Source: an uncultured delta proteobacterium (lineage in GTDB: Bacteria; Myxococcota; Kuafuiibacteriia; Kuafuiibacteriales; Kuafuiibacteriaceae). From it: a stretch of DNA of 64,000 bases. The DNA lies in the NCBI GenBank assembly GCA_963803435.1, contig CAWDML010000001.1, positions 1,312,001-1,376,000 of the forward strand, in the 5' to 3' direction. Position 1 is the stretch's first letter. Every line of letters begins with the position of its first letter. A program made the translations under genes and the position numbers. Of the stretch, positions 34,752-44,037 are shown one piece after another. The notes below the pieces were generated by a model that saw only the letters and a list, made by a program, of their open reading frames with translations, was not told the origin of the DNA and ran no database searches.

Positions 34752-34811
34752 GGACCGGTTCTCAAGAACCGGTCCGAACCTCTTACCGTGACCGCTCAGG
34801 ACCGGTTCTAG
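34752..34811. repeat. Three copies of the 11-mer GGACCGGTTCT (perfect inverted repeat plus a third copy); possible IS/MITE end relic or terminator
   Basis: GGACCGGTTCT at 34752-62, its complement AGAACCGGTCC at 34765-75, and GGACCGGTTCT at 34799-809 followed by AG. Lies between convergent genes. Confidence 0.7.
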
Positions 34812-35926
34812 AGCGAGCGCTGGAGCGCGAGGAAGAGGGTGCGCCAGGTATGGACAATCCATCCACCGTCGCCGTTCTCCATGACCACCCCGGTGAGGAC
34901 GAGCGCGCTCAGCAGGAGGAGCATGAAGAACGCCATCCGCATCCGTGGCCAGCCCCGCTTCGGGGGACGCAGCGCGATGGAGGAGAGGTCGTCCGTAGGC
35001 GCCAGCTCCTCGGGCGGGAGGATGATGATCTCGGCCAGCGGCTCGGAGAGCGCGGCCTCGCGGCGCACCACCTGGGGCCGGAGGCTGGAGACGCGCCGGG
35101 GCGGCGGCGTCGTCATCGACGGGGTCCGCGGTACCACGCTCTGCGAGCGCCAGCGCTGGACGAGCGCACGCATGGCGGTCGCCTTGTGGGAGAAGCACTG
35201 GCGCATCAGCTTGGCGAGCTCGTTGGCCCGGTCGATCCCGGTGGTGCGGGAGCGAACGTAGTCGTTGAGATCCTCCGCCAGCAGCACCAGGTCGTCGGTC
35301 GGCCTCTGATCGATGGCGCGCATGACGATGCGGTCGAGATCCGTGCCGGCCTTCGGGGGCGTGAGCTCGCCGGACGGCTTTCGGCCGACGAGCATCTCCC
35401 AGAGGATCAACCCGATGGCCCGGGTGGCCGGCATGGGAGCTCGCCCCTGTAACAGCGAGACTCCAATAGAGACCGCCTTGAGCTCGCCGGACTCGTAGCT
35501 CACCACGATCTGCCCGCTCGAGAGGTCGCCCACCATGCCGCGGCCCGTCCGCTCGCGCGCCCGATCGAGCGCGCGCGCCAGATCCCGCGCGATGCAGATC
35601 GCCAGGAGTTTCGGGATGGCGGCGCGATGGTTCTTGACGATCTGCTCGAGGCTCTCACCGCCGAAGAAGTCCGTGACGACGAAGATGCCGTCTTCGGTCC
35701 GGACGACCTCGCGCGGCATCACCAGGATCGGATCGTCGAGTGTCCGCGAGCGCGCCGCCATCGCGCGCAGCTCTTGCTCCGCGGACGGCGTGGCCCGCGG
35801 GAAGTGGTGGAGCGCGAAGAGGTGGTCCGCGTCGGTGAGGCGGCGGGCTGCGAAGAGCTGGACACCGTCCAGGTCGTTGCATCGACCCAGGATCTGGTAG
35901 TCGCCCGCGATCGAGAGCGAACGCAT
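34808..35926 (-). CDS. Degenerate Ser/Thr kinase-like protein (pseudokinase) with C-terminal TM
   Basis: Kinase scaffold (YQILG, VVTDFFGGESL, VGDLSSGQIVVSYESGELK, GLILWEMLVG, LDRIVMRA), but the Gly loop, Lys, HRD and DFG are replaced. Confidence 0.8.
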   Translation of the reverse strand: MRSLSIAGDYQILGRCNDLDGVQLFAARRLTDADHLFALHHFPRATPSAEQELRAMAARSRTLDDPILVMPREVVRTEDGIFVVTDFFGGESLEQIVKNHRAAIPKLLAICIARDLARALDRARERTGRGMVGDLSSGQIVVSYESGELKAVSIGVSLLQGRAPMPATRAIGLILWEMLVGRKPSGELTPPKAGTDLDRIVMRAIDQRPTDDLVLLAEDLNDYVRSRTTGIDRANELAKLMRQCFSHKATAMRALVQRWRSQSVVPRTPSMTTPPPRRVSSLRPQVVRREAALSEPLAEIIILPPEELAPTDDLSSIALRPPKRGWPRMRMAFFMLLLLSALVLTGVVMENGDGGWIVHTWRTLFLALQRSL

Positions 35927-36132
35927 TCCAGACGACAGATCGAATGATCAGCGTCATGCCGCAAGGGGGCGGATGGGGCTCGAAGTGGTGCGAAAGGGCC
36001 GAGCAACCGCCACGATTCTCACCCGGCCGTCATGGACCTGTTCGCGGTTGAAACGCCGCGACAGCGGCCCGACCGCGCGACCGGTGCAATCGAGAAGAAT
36101 CGCGGGCGCTCCACTTTTTTCGAGAGACGCGT

Positions 36133-36567
36133 TCAGTACCGACCGATGGTCACCGTCCCCAGGGTCCGCTTGGAGAGCGGCCCGACGTAGAGGGGCTGGC
36201 GGGTGGTCACCGTGATCTCTCCGTCCGTCTGAAACCGGCCCTTCACGACGACTTCGCCGACCAGAGCGCTCAGAACCACGCCGTTCCCGGCCGGCCGCAC
36301 CGCGAAGTCGCCCTCGTGCTTGCCGAGCTTTTTCGTTGACCGGATGTTCACACTGACCGGCCTCTTGGCCTTGGCCTTGCCCTCCGGGCGCGCGACGGCG
36401 GCCACGTTGAACCACCCGTCCTCGATCCAGACGTACACTCCCTCATTCGTCTTCTCGTCGAGGACGGGGGCGCCGACGGCCTTGGTCCAATCGAGGCGTT
36501 TCACCGGAGCCTCCTTGGCAGGGGCAGCCGGCCCGAGCACGAGGAGCGCGAGCAGGAGGGCACGCAT
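36133..36567 (-). CDS. Hypothetical exported protein
   Basis: MRALLLALLVLG signal peptide; TAAGCT 7 nt upstream. Confidence 0.7.
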   Translation of the reverse strand: MRALLLALLVLGPAAPAKEAPVKRLDWTKAVGAPVLDEKTNEGVYVWIEDGWFNVAAVARPEGKAKAKRPVSVNIRSTKKLGKHEGDFAVRPAGNGVVLSALVGEVVVKGRFQTDGEITVTTRQPLYVGPLSKRTLGTVTIGRY

Positions 36568-36676
36568 GAGCGCGAGCTTACCACCCCGCCATCGCCGGGA
36601 AATCCCGAGCGATCGCCGACAGATGAAGATCGCAGGCTGGCGACCGTCGGAGTCTCGGATAGAGTCGGCGCCGCAC

Positions 36677-37837
36677 ATGGATCGCCAAGTCATCGGGCCC
36701 CGCTCGGGCAGCGCCCTCCCCTCCGTCCTCGCGCGCGTTCGCTCGCTGTGCTTCGGCTGCGCGACGTTGATCGTGGCGGCCTGCGGCGGGGGCACCATGG
36801 CGACCAAAGGGGCGCCCGAATGGTTCCACAACCCGCCGAAGGGCCGTGAGACCCTGTTTTTCGTCGGGGATGCCTCGGGCTCGAGCGACGAGGGGACGGC
36901 GCGCGAGCTCGCGATCCAGAAGGCGCTCTCCGAGCTCACCGTGTACTGCGGCGCCACGATCACGTCCGACTTCAAGTCGGTCGAGGCCGAGGCCAACGGC
37001 AAGTACGAGCAGATGGTGTCGATGACCGTCGACATCGCCGGGGAGGAGCTGACCATCCGCGAGGCTGTCGTGAAGCAGACCGTGGTGGAGAAGAGCCGCG
37101 ACGGCTTCGACGGCTGGGCGCTCATCGAGTGGCCGAGGGCCCAGTACGAAGCGGTCCTGGTGGCGCAGCGCGCCCGGGCCCAGCGGGCCCTCGCGCTGTT
37201 CCTCGAAGCCGACGAGGCCCTGACCGACCGCCGCGTGAGCGACGCGCAGACCAAGCTCAAGGAGGCGCAATCGGTGCTCGGGCCGATGAAGGCGCAGATC
37301 CCGATCAACCACGAGAAGTACCACAACAGCGCGCTGCTCCAGGACGCGATGGAGGCCTTGCGCGGGCGCCTCAAGGAGATCGCGTCGGAACGCAAGAAGG
37401 TGATGGCGGTGGTGGTGAACTGCAGCCTGGACGGCAGGGAGATCGCGTGCCGCGACGAGTGGGTGGGCGAGGTCCGCCAGATCGTCGCGGGGTCGGGCTT
37501 CAAGGTCTCGGCCGACAACGTGTCGACCACGCTCGCGTCCGCCATCCTGACCTCGAGCTCGCCGCAGACCGACGCCACCGTGCGCGCGTCCGGCTACGTC
37601 ATCGCCGCCCGCTACGACGCGAAGTCCACCGCGGTCGAGGACGGCGTGCACTACATCCACTGCGGCGCGCGCGGGGTCGTCTTCGACACGGACGCGAGCC
37701 GGATCCTCGGGGTGAAAGAGGTTCCGCCCATCAAGGGCGCGCACCCGCAGCAAGCGGGGGCAATCAAGACGGCCTGCTCCAAAGCGGGCAGAGAGATGGC
37801 GGACTGGCTCCAGCAAGAGCTCGCCAACTTCAAGTAG
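36677..37837 (+). CDS. LPP20-like lipoprotein
   Basis: Lipobox VAAC and the LPP20-like pattern PEWF..P...FVG.......ARELA..KAL.EL. Start position uncertain. Confidence 0.72.
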   Translation: MDRQVIGPRSGSALPSVLARVRSLCFGCATLIVAACGGGTMATKGAPEWFHNPPKGRETLFFVGDASGSSDEGTARELAIQKALSELTVYCGATITSDFKSVEAEANGKYEQMVSMTVDIAGEELTIREAVVKQTVVEKSRDGFDGWALIEWPRAQYEAVLVAQRARAQRALALFLEADEALTDRRVSDAQTKLKEAQSVLGPMKAQIPINHEKYHNSALLQDAMEALRGRLKEIASERKKVMAVVVNCSLDGREIACRDEWVGEVRQIVAGSGFKVSADNVSTTLASAILTSSSPQTDATVRASGYVIAARYDAKSTAVEDGVHYIHCGARGVVFDTDASRILGVKEVPPIKGAHPQQAGAIKTACSKAGREMADWLQQELANFK

Positions 37838-37850
37838 GGAGGTCTTCGCT

Positions 37851-38435
37851 GTGAATCACTGGCACGTCATTGGGGCCGCCATCGGGGTCGTCCTCCTCAC
37901 CGGCTCCGCGTGGGCCGGGCCCCGGCCGGCGGTCTCGGGAAAGCTGCAGACGGGCGAGCCCGCCCCGCAGTTTCGCTTGCGGGCGCTCGACGGCACGATG
38001 ATCCGGCTCGACGAGCTCGCCTACAAGGGCAAGGAGAAGAAGTGGGCCAAGAAGCGGCCCGTGTTCCTCGACTTCTTCCGCACCGATTGCGAGCCGTGCA
38101 AGAAGGCGATGCCGGACCTGGTGAAGATCTACGAGTCTTACCACGGGCGCGGCCTCGACGTGGTCCTGGTCGCGCTGCTCGAGGAGACCGACGGCAAGAA
38201 GAAGCTCGAGCGCTACCTCGCGCAGAACAAGCTCCCCTTCACCGTGGTGGTCGACAACACCGGACATCATGCGAAGATGTACCTCGGTGATCTGGTCACG
38301 CTTCCGGCGTCGTTCCTGATCAACCGCGAGGGCGTGCTTCAGAAGGTCAAATACGGCGCCACCGGGACCTACGACGAGCACTTCGGAGACGCCATCGAGA
38401 AGGTGCTCAAAGAGCACGCCGCCGGAACGAACTGA
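37851..38435 (+). CDS. TlpA/ResA-like thioredoxin-fold redoxin
   Basis: Signal peptide, GEPAPQF.L..LDG, FFRTDCEPC and LPASFLI. Confidence 0.9.
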   Translation: MNHWHVIGAAIGVVLLTGSAWAGPRPAVSGKLQTGEPAPQFRLRALDGTMIRLDELAYKGKEKKWAKKRPVFLDFFRTDCEPCKKAMPDLVKIYESYHGRGLDVVLVALLEETDGKKKLERYLAQNKLPFTVVVDNTGHHAKMYLGDLVTLPASFLINREGVLQKVKYGATGTYDEHFGDAIEKVLKEHAAGTN

Positions 38436-39310
38436 TGTGGTCGCCCGCGCTCCTCCTGCTCGTGCTCGGCCAGCCGACGCCGCCGAAGCCGATGCAGATC
38501 GATCCGACGCTTCCGGAGGATCTCCGGCCGTTGGCCGAGAAGGTGATCGCGGCGGAGATCGACCCCAAGCGTGGCACCGGTAACGCGGTCGAGATCCTCA
38601 AGGCCGAGCGCACGAAGTACACCGACCAGCGCCATCAGCTCGCCATCGATCTGCGAACGGCGGCCGTGGTGCTGAGGCGGCGGTTCATCACGGTCGATCG
38701 CTTCCCTGAGCCGATCCGGTGGGAGCAGGCGCTCTCGACGTTCGCGCGACTCGATCTCAGCGAGCCCGGCCTGAAGGAGTGGATCGACGCGTCGCTGAAG
38801 CACCACGACTACGCGAAGAAGCGCATCGGCACCAAGAAGCAGCGCGTGATCAAGGCTGCGATCTTGACGCGCGCCGGGCTCGACAAGGACCGGATCGCCA
38901 AGCCGCTGTCGAAGATGATCGCCGACGCGGGCTTCCAGCTCTCGCTGGTGCCGGCCAAGGACGCCACCATGATCATCAAGATCTCGGCCGAGGATGCTCC
39001 GCCCGAGGACAACCTACGCATGGTCCGGATGCAGCTCGGGCTGGAGAGCATCCGCGACGGCAAGGTGATCTGGCGCCAGGGGATGTACCGCACCGAGGGC
39101 GGGCGGGACGCGGACGAGGCGATCGACAAGGCGGCCCTCTGGCTGGCCAAGATCGGCGGTCGCGACCTGTTCTTCCGCTGGGTCGGTGAGGTCGCGTTCC
39201 ATTCGCTGCTCGACACCGCGCCCAAGGCGCCAAAAGAGGAGCAGGGCGGTTTCAAGCCCCGGGGCCAGCCAGTGGAATCCGACCTGAAGGTCGACCTCAA
39301 AAAGAAGTAG
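38435..39310 (+). CDS. Hypothetical exported protein
   Basis: TGATG coupling, hydrophobic N-terminus and natural composition. Confidence 0.7.
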   Translation: MWSPALLLLVLGQPTPPKPMQIDPTLPEDLRPLAEKVIAAEIDPKRGTGNAVEILKAERTKYTDQRHQLAIDLRTAAVVLRRRFITVDRFPEPIRWEQALSTFARLDLSEPGLKEWIDASLKHHDYAKKRIGTKKQRVIKAAILTRAGLDKDRIAKPLSKMIADAGFQLSLVPAKDATMIIKISAEDAPPEDNLRMVRMQLGLESIRDGKVIWRQGMYRTEGGRDADEAIDKAALWLAKIGGRDLFFRWVGEVAFHSLLDTAPKAPKEEQGGFKPRGQPVESDLKVDLKKK

Positions 39311-39322
39311 GATGGAGCAGGC

Positions 39323-40010
39323 ATGCTGCGCTTGCTCCGAAGCGAGGCCCTCGCCTACCTGAGGCTCGGCCTGTTGCTGCCATCGCGGGGGCGCCTCGCC
39401 CAAAACAACGGGTCGCGCGCGGAGTTCGGCGTCATCTTCGTCCCGGGCGTCGGCGCCAACGGCTCGCACTTCATCAATCTGGCCCGCGCGCTCGCGGAGG
39501 AATCGCCGCACTTCGAGGCCTTCGAGTACTTCTCGCTCAAGCACCCGCGCCGCATCGCCGATGCGCTCTCGACCTACCTCGAGGACGTGGCCCGGCGCGT
39601 CGAGCGCTACCTCCTGGTCGGGCACAGCCTGGGCGGGCTCCTGGGACGGATGGTCCTCCAGCAGGAGCAGCCCCCGCCCGGCCTCGGCGGCTTCGTCTCC
39701 CTCTGCGCGCCGCTCCACGGCACCTGGCGCTCGAAGCTGGCGCCTCACCCCGGACTCCGCTCGCTCCGGCCCGACGGCGCCCTGATGGAGGAGCTGCGGG
39801 CGGGCGCCCACCGCCTCGATCGATGGCGCGGCCGAGATCCTCACCGTCGGGGCCCGGTACGACCAGTTCATCCAGCCGCACGACAGCGCCTTTCTCGACG
39901 GCCACGAGCGCCTCGAGCTCGACGACGTGGCCCACAACGCCGCGCTGTTCGACGCTCGCGTCCACCGCGCCGTCGCCCGCGCCGCGCGGCGGGCCTCTCA
40001 GCTACGGTGA
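39323..40010 (+). CDS. Lipase/esterase-type alpha/beta hydrolase; frameshift near 39835
   Basis: FVPG, GHSLGG and PLHGT. After removing one base: ILTVGARYDQFIQP...VAHN (catalytic Asp and His), stop at 40008-40010. Confidence 0.85.
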
Positions 40011-40055
40011 CCGCTCGGCCAGCAGGCCTCCCAGAACAGGCGGCGCTGAGCGGCG

Positions 40056-42125
40056 CTACTTCCGCTCGATCGCGATCTCGGTTCGAGTGTCCGAGGCGGA
40101 CCCGGGCGCGCTCAGGACCAGCTCGGCGGCCTTGACCGCGGTGGGAGAGCCCGTCATGGCGAGGACGTCGCCGCCCAGGAGTTCGTCGTCGGGGCCGGGG
40201 ACGAGGACGCTCGCGCCGCGCCGAATCGCGACCACGTTCGCGCCGGTCCGACCGCGCAGGTTGATCTGAGCGAGCGTGCGGCCGACCGCATCGCTCCGGG
40301 GCGAGAGCTCGATGGACTGGATCGAGCCGATCCAGGGCATGGCGGTCTGGACGGCGATGTCGAGATCGCCGGTGTCGTCCCTGTGGTCGGCCTGCCCCTG
40401 CTTCGCCAGGGCGTCGATCACCACCTCGACACCGGCGCGGACCTGCGTCTGGAGATCCGAGGCGCTGCGCCAGAAGAGGAACACCATCGCGGCCACGATG
40501 CAGGCGAGCACCAGGGGGCCCGCGTTCGTGGGGAGGAAGGCGCTGGTGAGCGCGAGGATGGGCGCGCCGATCACGAGCACCATGCCGATCTGGATCGCCA
40601 CCAGCAAGGCGGCGGGCGGCTCGTCTCCGGGCTCGATCGAGCCGCGCGCGATCAGATGACCGAGCGAGCGGGCGCAGCGGATGATGCCGACGATGAACGG
40701 CACGGACGCGACCATGGCGCCGGCCACCACCAGGCCGCGCGTGATCGCCAGCCTGATCCCGGTCATGCTCTCGAGGATCGTGGCGACGCCGTCGAGCGAG
40801 AGGGAGGTCGCGATGACGATCGCGACCAGGAGCACGGCGTCGAGCAGGATCAGTCGGGCGAGACGCCGGAAGGCGGACCAGAACCCGGGTGCGTGCCGCG
40901 AGGCGCCCAGGCTCGCGACCCAGGCCGAGTAGACGGTAGCGAACACCTGGAGCCGGTGGGGCATGACGCGGTCGAGACGCTCGCCGACCCGGGCGGAGGC
41001 CTTGACCAGCCAGGGCGTGGTCAAGGTGGTGAACGCGCTGACCACCACGGCCACCGGATACAGGGAGCGCTCCGAGGCGCCCAGGCTCAGCCCAACGCCC
41101 GCGATGATGAAGGAGAACTCACCGATCTGCGCCAGCGTCATGCCCGCCTGGGTCGCCTCCCGGATCGACGCGCCCGACAGGAATGATCCGATGGAGACCG
41201 CGAAGACCTTCCCCCCGATCACCGCAAGGCTCAGGACCAGGACCACCGGCCACTGCTGGATCACGATCCTCGGATCGAGCAGCATGCCCACCGAGACGAA
41301 GAAGATGGCGGCGAAGACGTCGCGGACCGGCTCCACCAGCTTCTCGATCGGCTTCGAGCGGCCGGACTCGCTGACCAGCGTCCCTGCGAGGAACGCGCCC
41401 AGCGCCACCGAGTAACCGACCTCCTTCGCGAACAGCGCGAGCGCGAAGCAGAGGCCCACCGACGCGACGACGGTGGTCTCGGGACGGTTGAGCTTCACCA
41501 CCAGGCGCATCAACCGCGGCACGACGAACATCCCGAGGACCACCACGGTCACCAGGAAGAGCACGAGCCTCCCGGCGGTATACGCAAGTACCTTCGGCGA
41601 GAGGCCCGCGCCGGTGGAGACCGCGGTCAGCGTGGTCACCAGCAGGATCGCCAGCACGTCCTCTGCGATCAGGATCCCGAAGACGCGCTCCTTGATCCTC
41701 GGATCGACCTTGAGCTCGTTGAAGGTCTTGACGATGATCGTGGTGCTGGAGATTGCGATGACTGCGCCGACGAACGTGCTCTCCCGGGCTCCCCAGCCGA
41801 ACGCCCGTCCCAGCACGTAGCCGAACGAGAGCATCAGCGAGACCTCGATCAACGCCACCAGCCCGCCGGTCCGGGCGACCCGGGCCAGCTTCTTGAGGCT
41901 GAACTCGAGCCCCAGCGAGAACATCAGCAGAATGACGCCGAGCTCCGAGAGCGTCTCGACCACGTGCGTGTCGGCGACCAGGCGGACCGGGACGTGCGGG
42001 CCGACGATCAGGCCCGCGATCAGATAGCCGAGGACGACGGGCTGCCGCAGCCGCTGGAACACGACGGTGGTGACCGCCGCGGTGCAGAGAACGACCGCGA
42101 GGCTCTCGAGGAACATCCCCTCCAC
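40056..42125 (-). CDS. CPA2 cation:proton antiporter with C-terminal TrkA-C (RCK_C) domain
   Basis: Motifs LGYLIAG..VGP, ELGVILLMF.LGLEFS, ISSTTI, ED, QIGEFSF and VGRTLAQINLRGRTGANVVAIRR. Confidence 0.93.
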   Translation of the reverse strand: MEGMFLESLAVVLCTAAVTTVVFQRLRQPVVLGYLIAGLIVGPHVPVRLVADTHVVETLSELGVILLMFSLGLEFSLKKLARVARTGGLVALIEVSLMLSFGYVLGRAFGWGARESTFVGAVIAISSTTIIVKTFNELKVDPRIKERVFGILIAEDVLAILLVTTLTAVSTGAGLSPKVLAYTAGRLVLFLVTVVVLGMFVVPRLMRLVVKLNRPETTVVASVGLCFALALFAKEVGYSVALGAFLAGTLVSESGRSKPIEKLVEPVRDVFAAIFFVSVGMLLDPRIVIQQWPVVLVLSLAVIGGKVFAVSIGSFLSGASIREATQAGMTLAQIGEFSFIIAGVGLSLGASERSLYPVAVVVSAFTTLTTPWLVKASARVGERLDRVMPHRLQVFATVYSAWVASLGASRHAPGFWSAFRRLARLILLDAVLLVAIVIATSLSLDGVATILESMTGIRLAITRGLVVAGAMVASVPFIVGIIRCARSLGHLIARGSIEPGDEPPAALLVAIQIGMVLVIGAPILALTSAFLPTNAGPLVLACIVAAMVFLFWRSASDLQTQVRAGVEVVIDALAKQGQADHRDDTGDLDIAVQTAMPWIGSIQSIELSPRSDAVGRTLAQINLRGRTGANVVAIRRGASVLVPGPDDELLGGDVLAMTGSPTAVKAAELVLSAPGSASDTRTEIAIERK

Positions 42126-42196
42126 GGAGGATTGGGTAGCATGAAGCGCGCCCCGTCCGTCAGGCGCACGGATCGCACGTGGGCCCGCCCGCCGGC

Positions 42197-42485
42197 ATGG
42201 GTGTTGCCGTACCCGCCGGGTTTTGGCCCAGAGGGCACTGTGGGATCCTCGCGCCGAACGACGCCGAGCGGATCCGCACCGAACACCTGGTCGCGGAGAC
42301 GAACATCAAGTCGATCGGCGTGCTCTACATCCTGGGCGGAGGGCTGGGGACGCTCGGTCTCGTGACGGCCGCCGGCTTCGCCGCGTTCGGCGCGCTCTCG
42401 GGCCGACACCTCGGGATCGGGCTGGGCGAGCTCGCCGTCATCGCCCTCCTCGCCGCGATCGATCGTCCGCAGCCGGCGCCACTGA
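42197..42485 (+). CDS. Small two-TM membrane protein (probable frameshift at 42457-42464)
   Basis: AERIRTEHL..ETNIKSIGVLYILGG followed by two hydrophobic helices. Removing one base in GATCGATC gives ...IVRSRRH* ending 2 bp from the convergent gene's stop. Start uncertain. Confidence 0.5.
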
Positions 42486-42487
42486 CC

Positions 42488-43957
42488 TCAACGCATCGCG
42501 ATCTCCGGGCCCATCCCCCGCAGGCGATCGATCGTGTTGCCGCCGAGGCATCCGCTCGGCAGCACCAATCGGCGCAGGTGGCGGAAGCGATCGGCGTTCT
42601 CCAGGATCGCACGCGCGCTCGACTCGCTGAGCGAGCAGGCCCAGACCTCGAGCTCCGAGACCTGCTCCAGGAGCGACGATCGGCCCAGCATCCCCACGAC
42701 GTTGAGGTCCGCGTCGAGATTCGGGTTGCGCAGCGCGATGCAACTCAAGTTGCGCATGCGCTCTGGATCGATACGGAGGACCAGCCGCGCTCCGGGCGTC
42801 AGCTCGAGGCGCTCGAGGGCCGGCCACTCGGTCTCCAGCACCTCCCGATCCTCGAGGCGGCCCAGCTCGAGCCGGAGATCGCGCAGGTGTTCGAGCGCGA
42901 AGGGGCCGAGTCGGGCCGCGCCCGCCTTGATCACGAGCTCCTCGACGCGCGGCATCGCGTGCGGGAGCGCCGTCAGGTCGACCTCGAACTGCTCCGCGAG
43001 ATAGAACCGTTGGAGCGTCGGGAGACGGCGGGTCGTCACCACCGAGACCAGCGAGCCCCAATCCGCGGACACCAGCGTCAACACGCGCAAGAACCTGGCC
43101 GAGGGCAGGTCGAGCAGCTGCTCCAGGAGCCGGCGCTTGTCGACGCCGGACTCGGCGAAGCGACGGACGTGCGCCGCTCGGAGGAATCCGAGGCCCCAGG
43201 AGAGGCGGAGTGCGGAGTAGTGCGGCAGCGTGCCGAGGAAGTAGTCGGCCGACTCGGAGAGGAGGCGCCCGATGGCGGCCTCGACGGCCGGGGTGCGCTG
43301 CGGCTGCGCCATCAACGCGATCAGCTCGCCGCGCGGGTCCCCGCGGGACTGGAGGAAGTCACCGTAGACCAGATACGGCTCGACGGTGTCGGGTGACGCG
43401 GCGATCGTCGCCTCGAGCTCGGCCGAGCTCGCGATCGGGGTGGTGTCGGGACGGAGGTCGTTGATCGACTGGATGCGCGCAGCTCGACGCGCCTCCAGCC
43501 ACAGCGCGTGGGCGCGCGGGTGAGGGGCCTCGGGGCTCCCGCCCGTCGCGGCGAAGTGGGGCCACTCGCGCCAGGCGATGCGCCAGCGACGGACCTTCTC
43601 CTCGAGGTCGAGCTCGACCGGATCGGGGCCGAGCATCGCGCGAACGCGCTCGCGGTCGGCCCGGTCGCGCTCCTCGAGCCGCCGCTCGTACTCCTCGAAG
43701 CGCCGGGCGAGCGTCACCAGCTGTCCGAACTCGTTGGTGGGTCGCCGCGCAGCGCGCTGCCAGAACGCCAGCCGGTCCGCTTCCAATCGATCCTTGGGGA
43801 GGCTCGCCATCAGGCCGCCGGTGCTCAGCTCGCCCTGCACGGCGTCGGGGAGGAAGTCCTGCCGGGCGACCAGGCAGTCGCCGGCGCCCGGACCGCCCGT
43901 TCGCTCCGAAGATTCGAGCTCGACCAGGATGCCGCTGTCGCCGTCCACCAGGACCAC
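42488..43957 (-). CDS. TIGR02996-type domain protein with LRRs and an N-terminal extension
   Basis: LEATIAASPD..EPYLVYGDFLQSRGDPRGELI and WGLGFLR, with LRRs (WPALERLEL, MRNLSCIAL, FRHLRRLVL). Confidence 0.82.
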   Translation of the reverse strand: MVLVDGDSGILVELESSERTGGPGAGDCLVARQDFLPDAVQGELSTGGLMASLPKDRLEADRLAFWQRAARRPTNEFGQLVTLARRFEEYERRLEERDRADRERVRAMLGPDPVELDLEEKVRRWRIAWREWPHFAATGGSPEAPHPRAHALWLEARRAARIQSINDLRPDTTPIASSAELEATIAASPDTVEPYLVYGDFLQSRGDPRGELIALMAQPQRTPAVEAAIGRLLSESADYFLGTLPHYSALRLSWGLGFLRAAHVRRFAESGVDKRRLLEQLLDLPSARFLRVLTLVSADWGSLVSVVTTRRLPTLQRFYLAEQFEVDLTALPHAMPRVEELVIKAGAARLGPFALEHLRDLRLELGRLEDREVLETEWPALERLELTPGARLVLRIDPERMRNLSCIALRNPNLDADLNVVGMLGRSSLLEQVSELEVWACSLSESSARAILENADRFRHLRRLVLPSGCLGGNTIDRLRGMGPEIAMR

Positions 43958-44037
43958 GCCGCGGTGGCCCTCCCACCGGCCTCGAACGAACCAACCGCCC
44001 GTCCCCGGCGGTACGTGGATCGGAATGTCGGCCGTAC

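Noticed and set aside
42486-43396. 405-aa plus-strand ORF 42179..43396 as a full gene
   Set aside because: Beyond about 42460 it is antisense to the TIGR02996 gene; only the 5' part looks coding.
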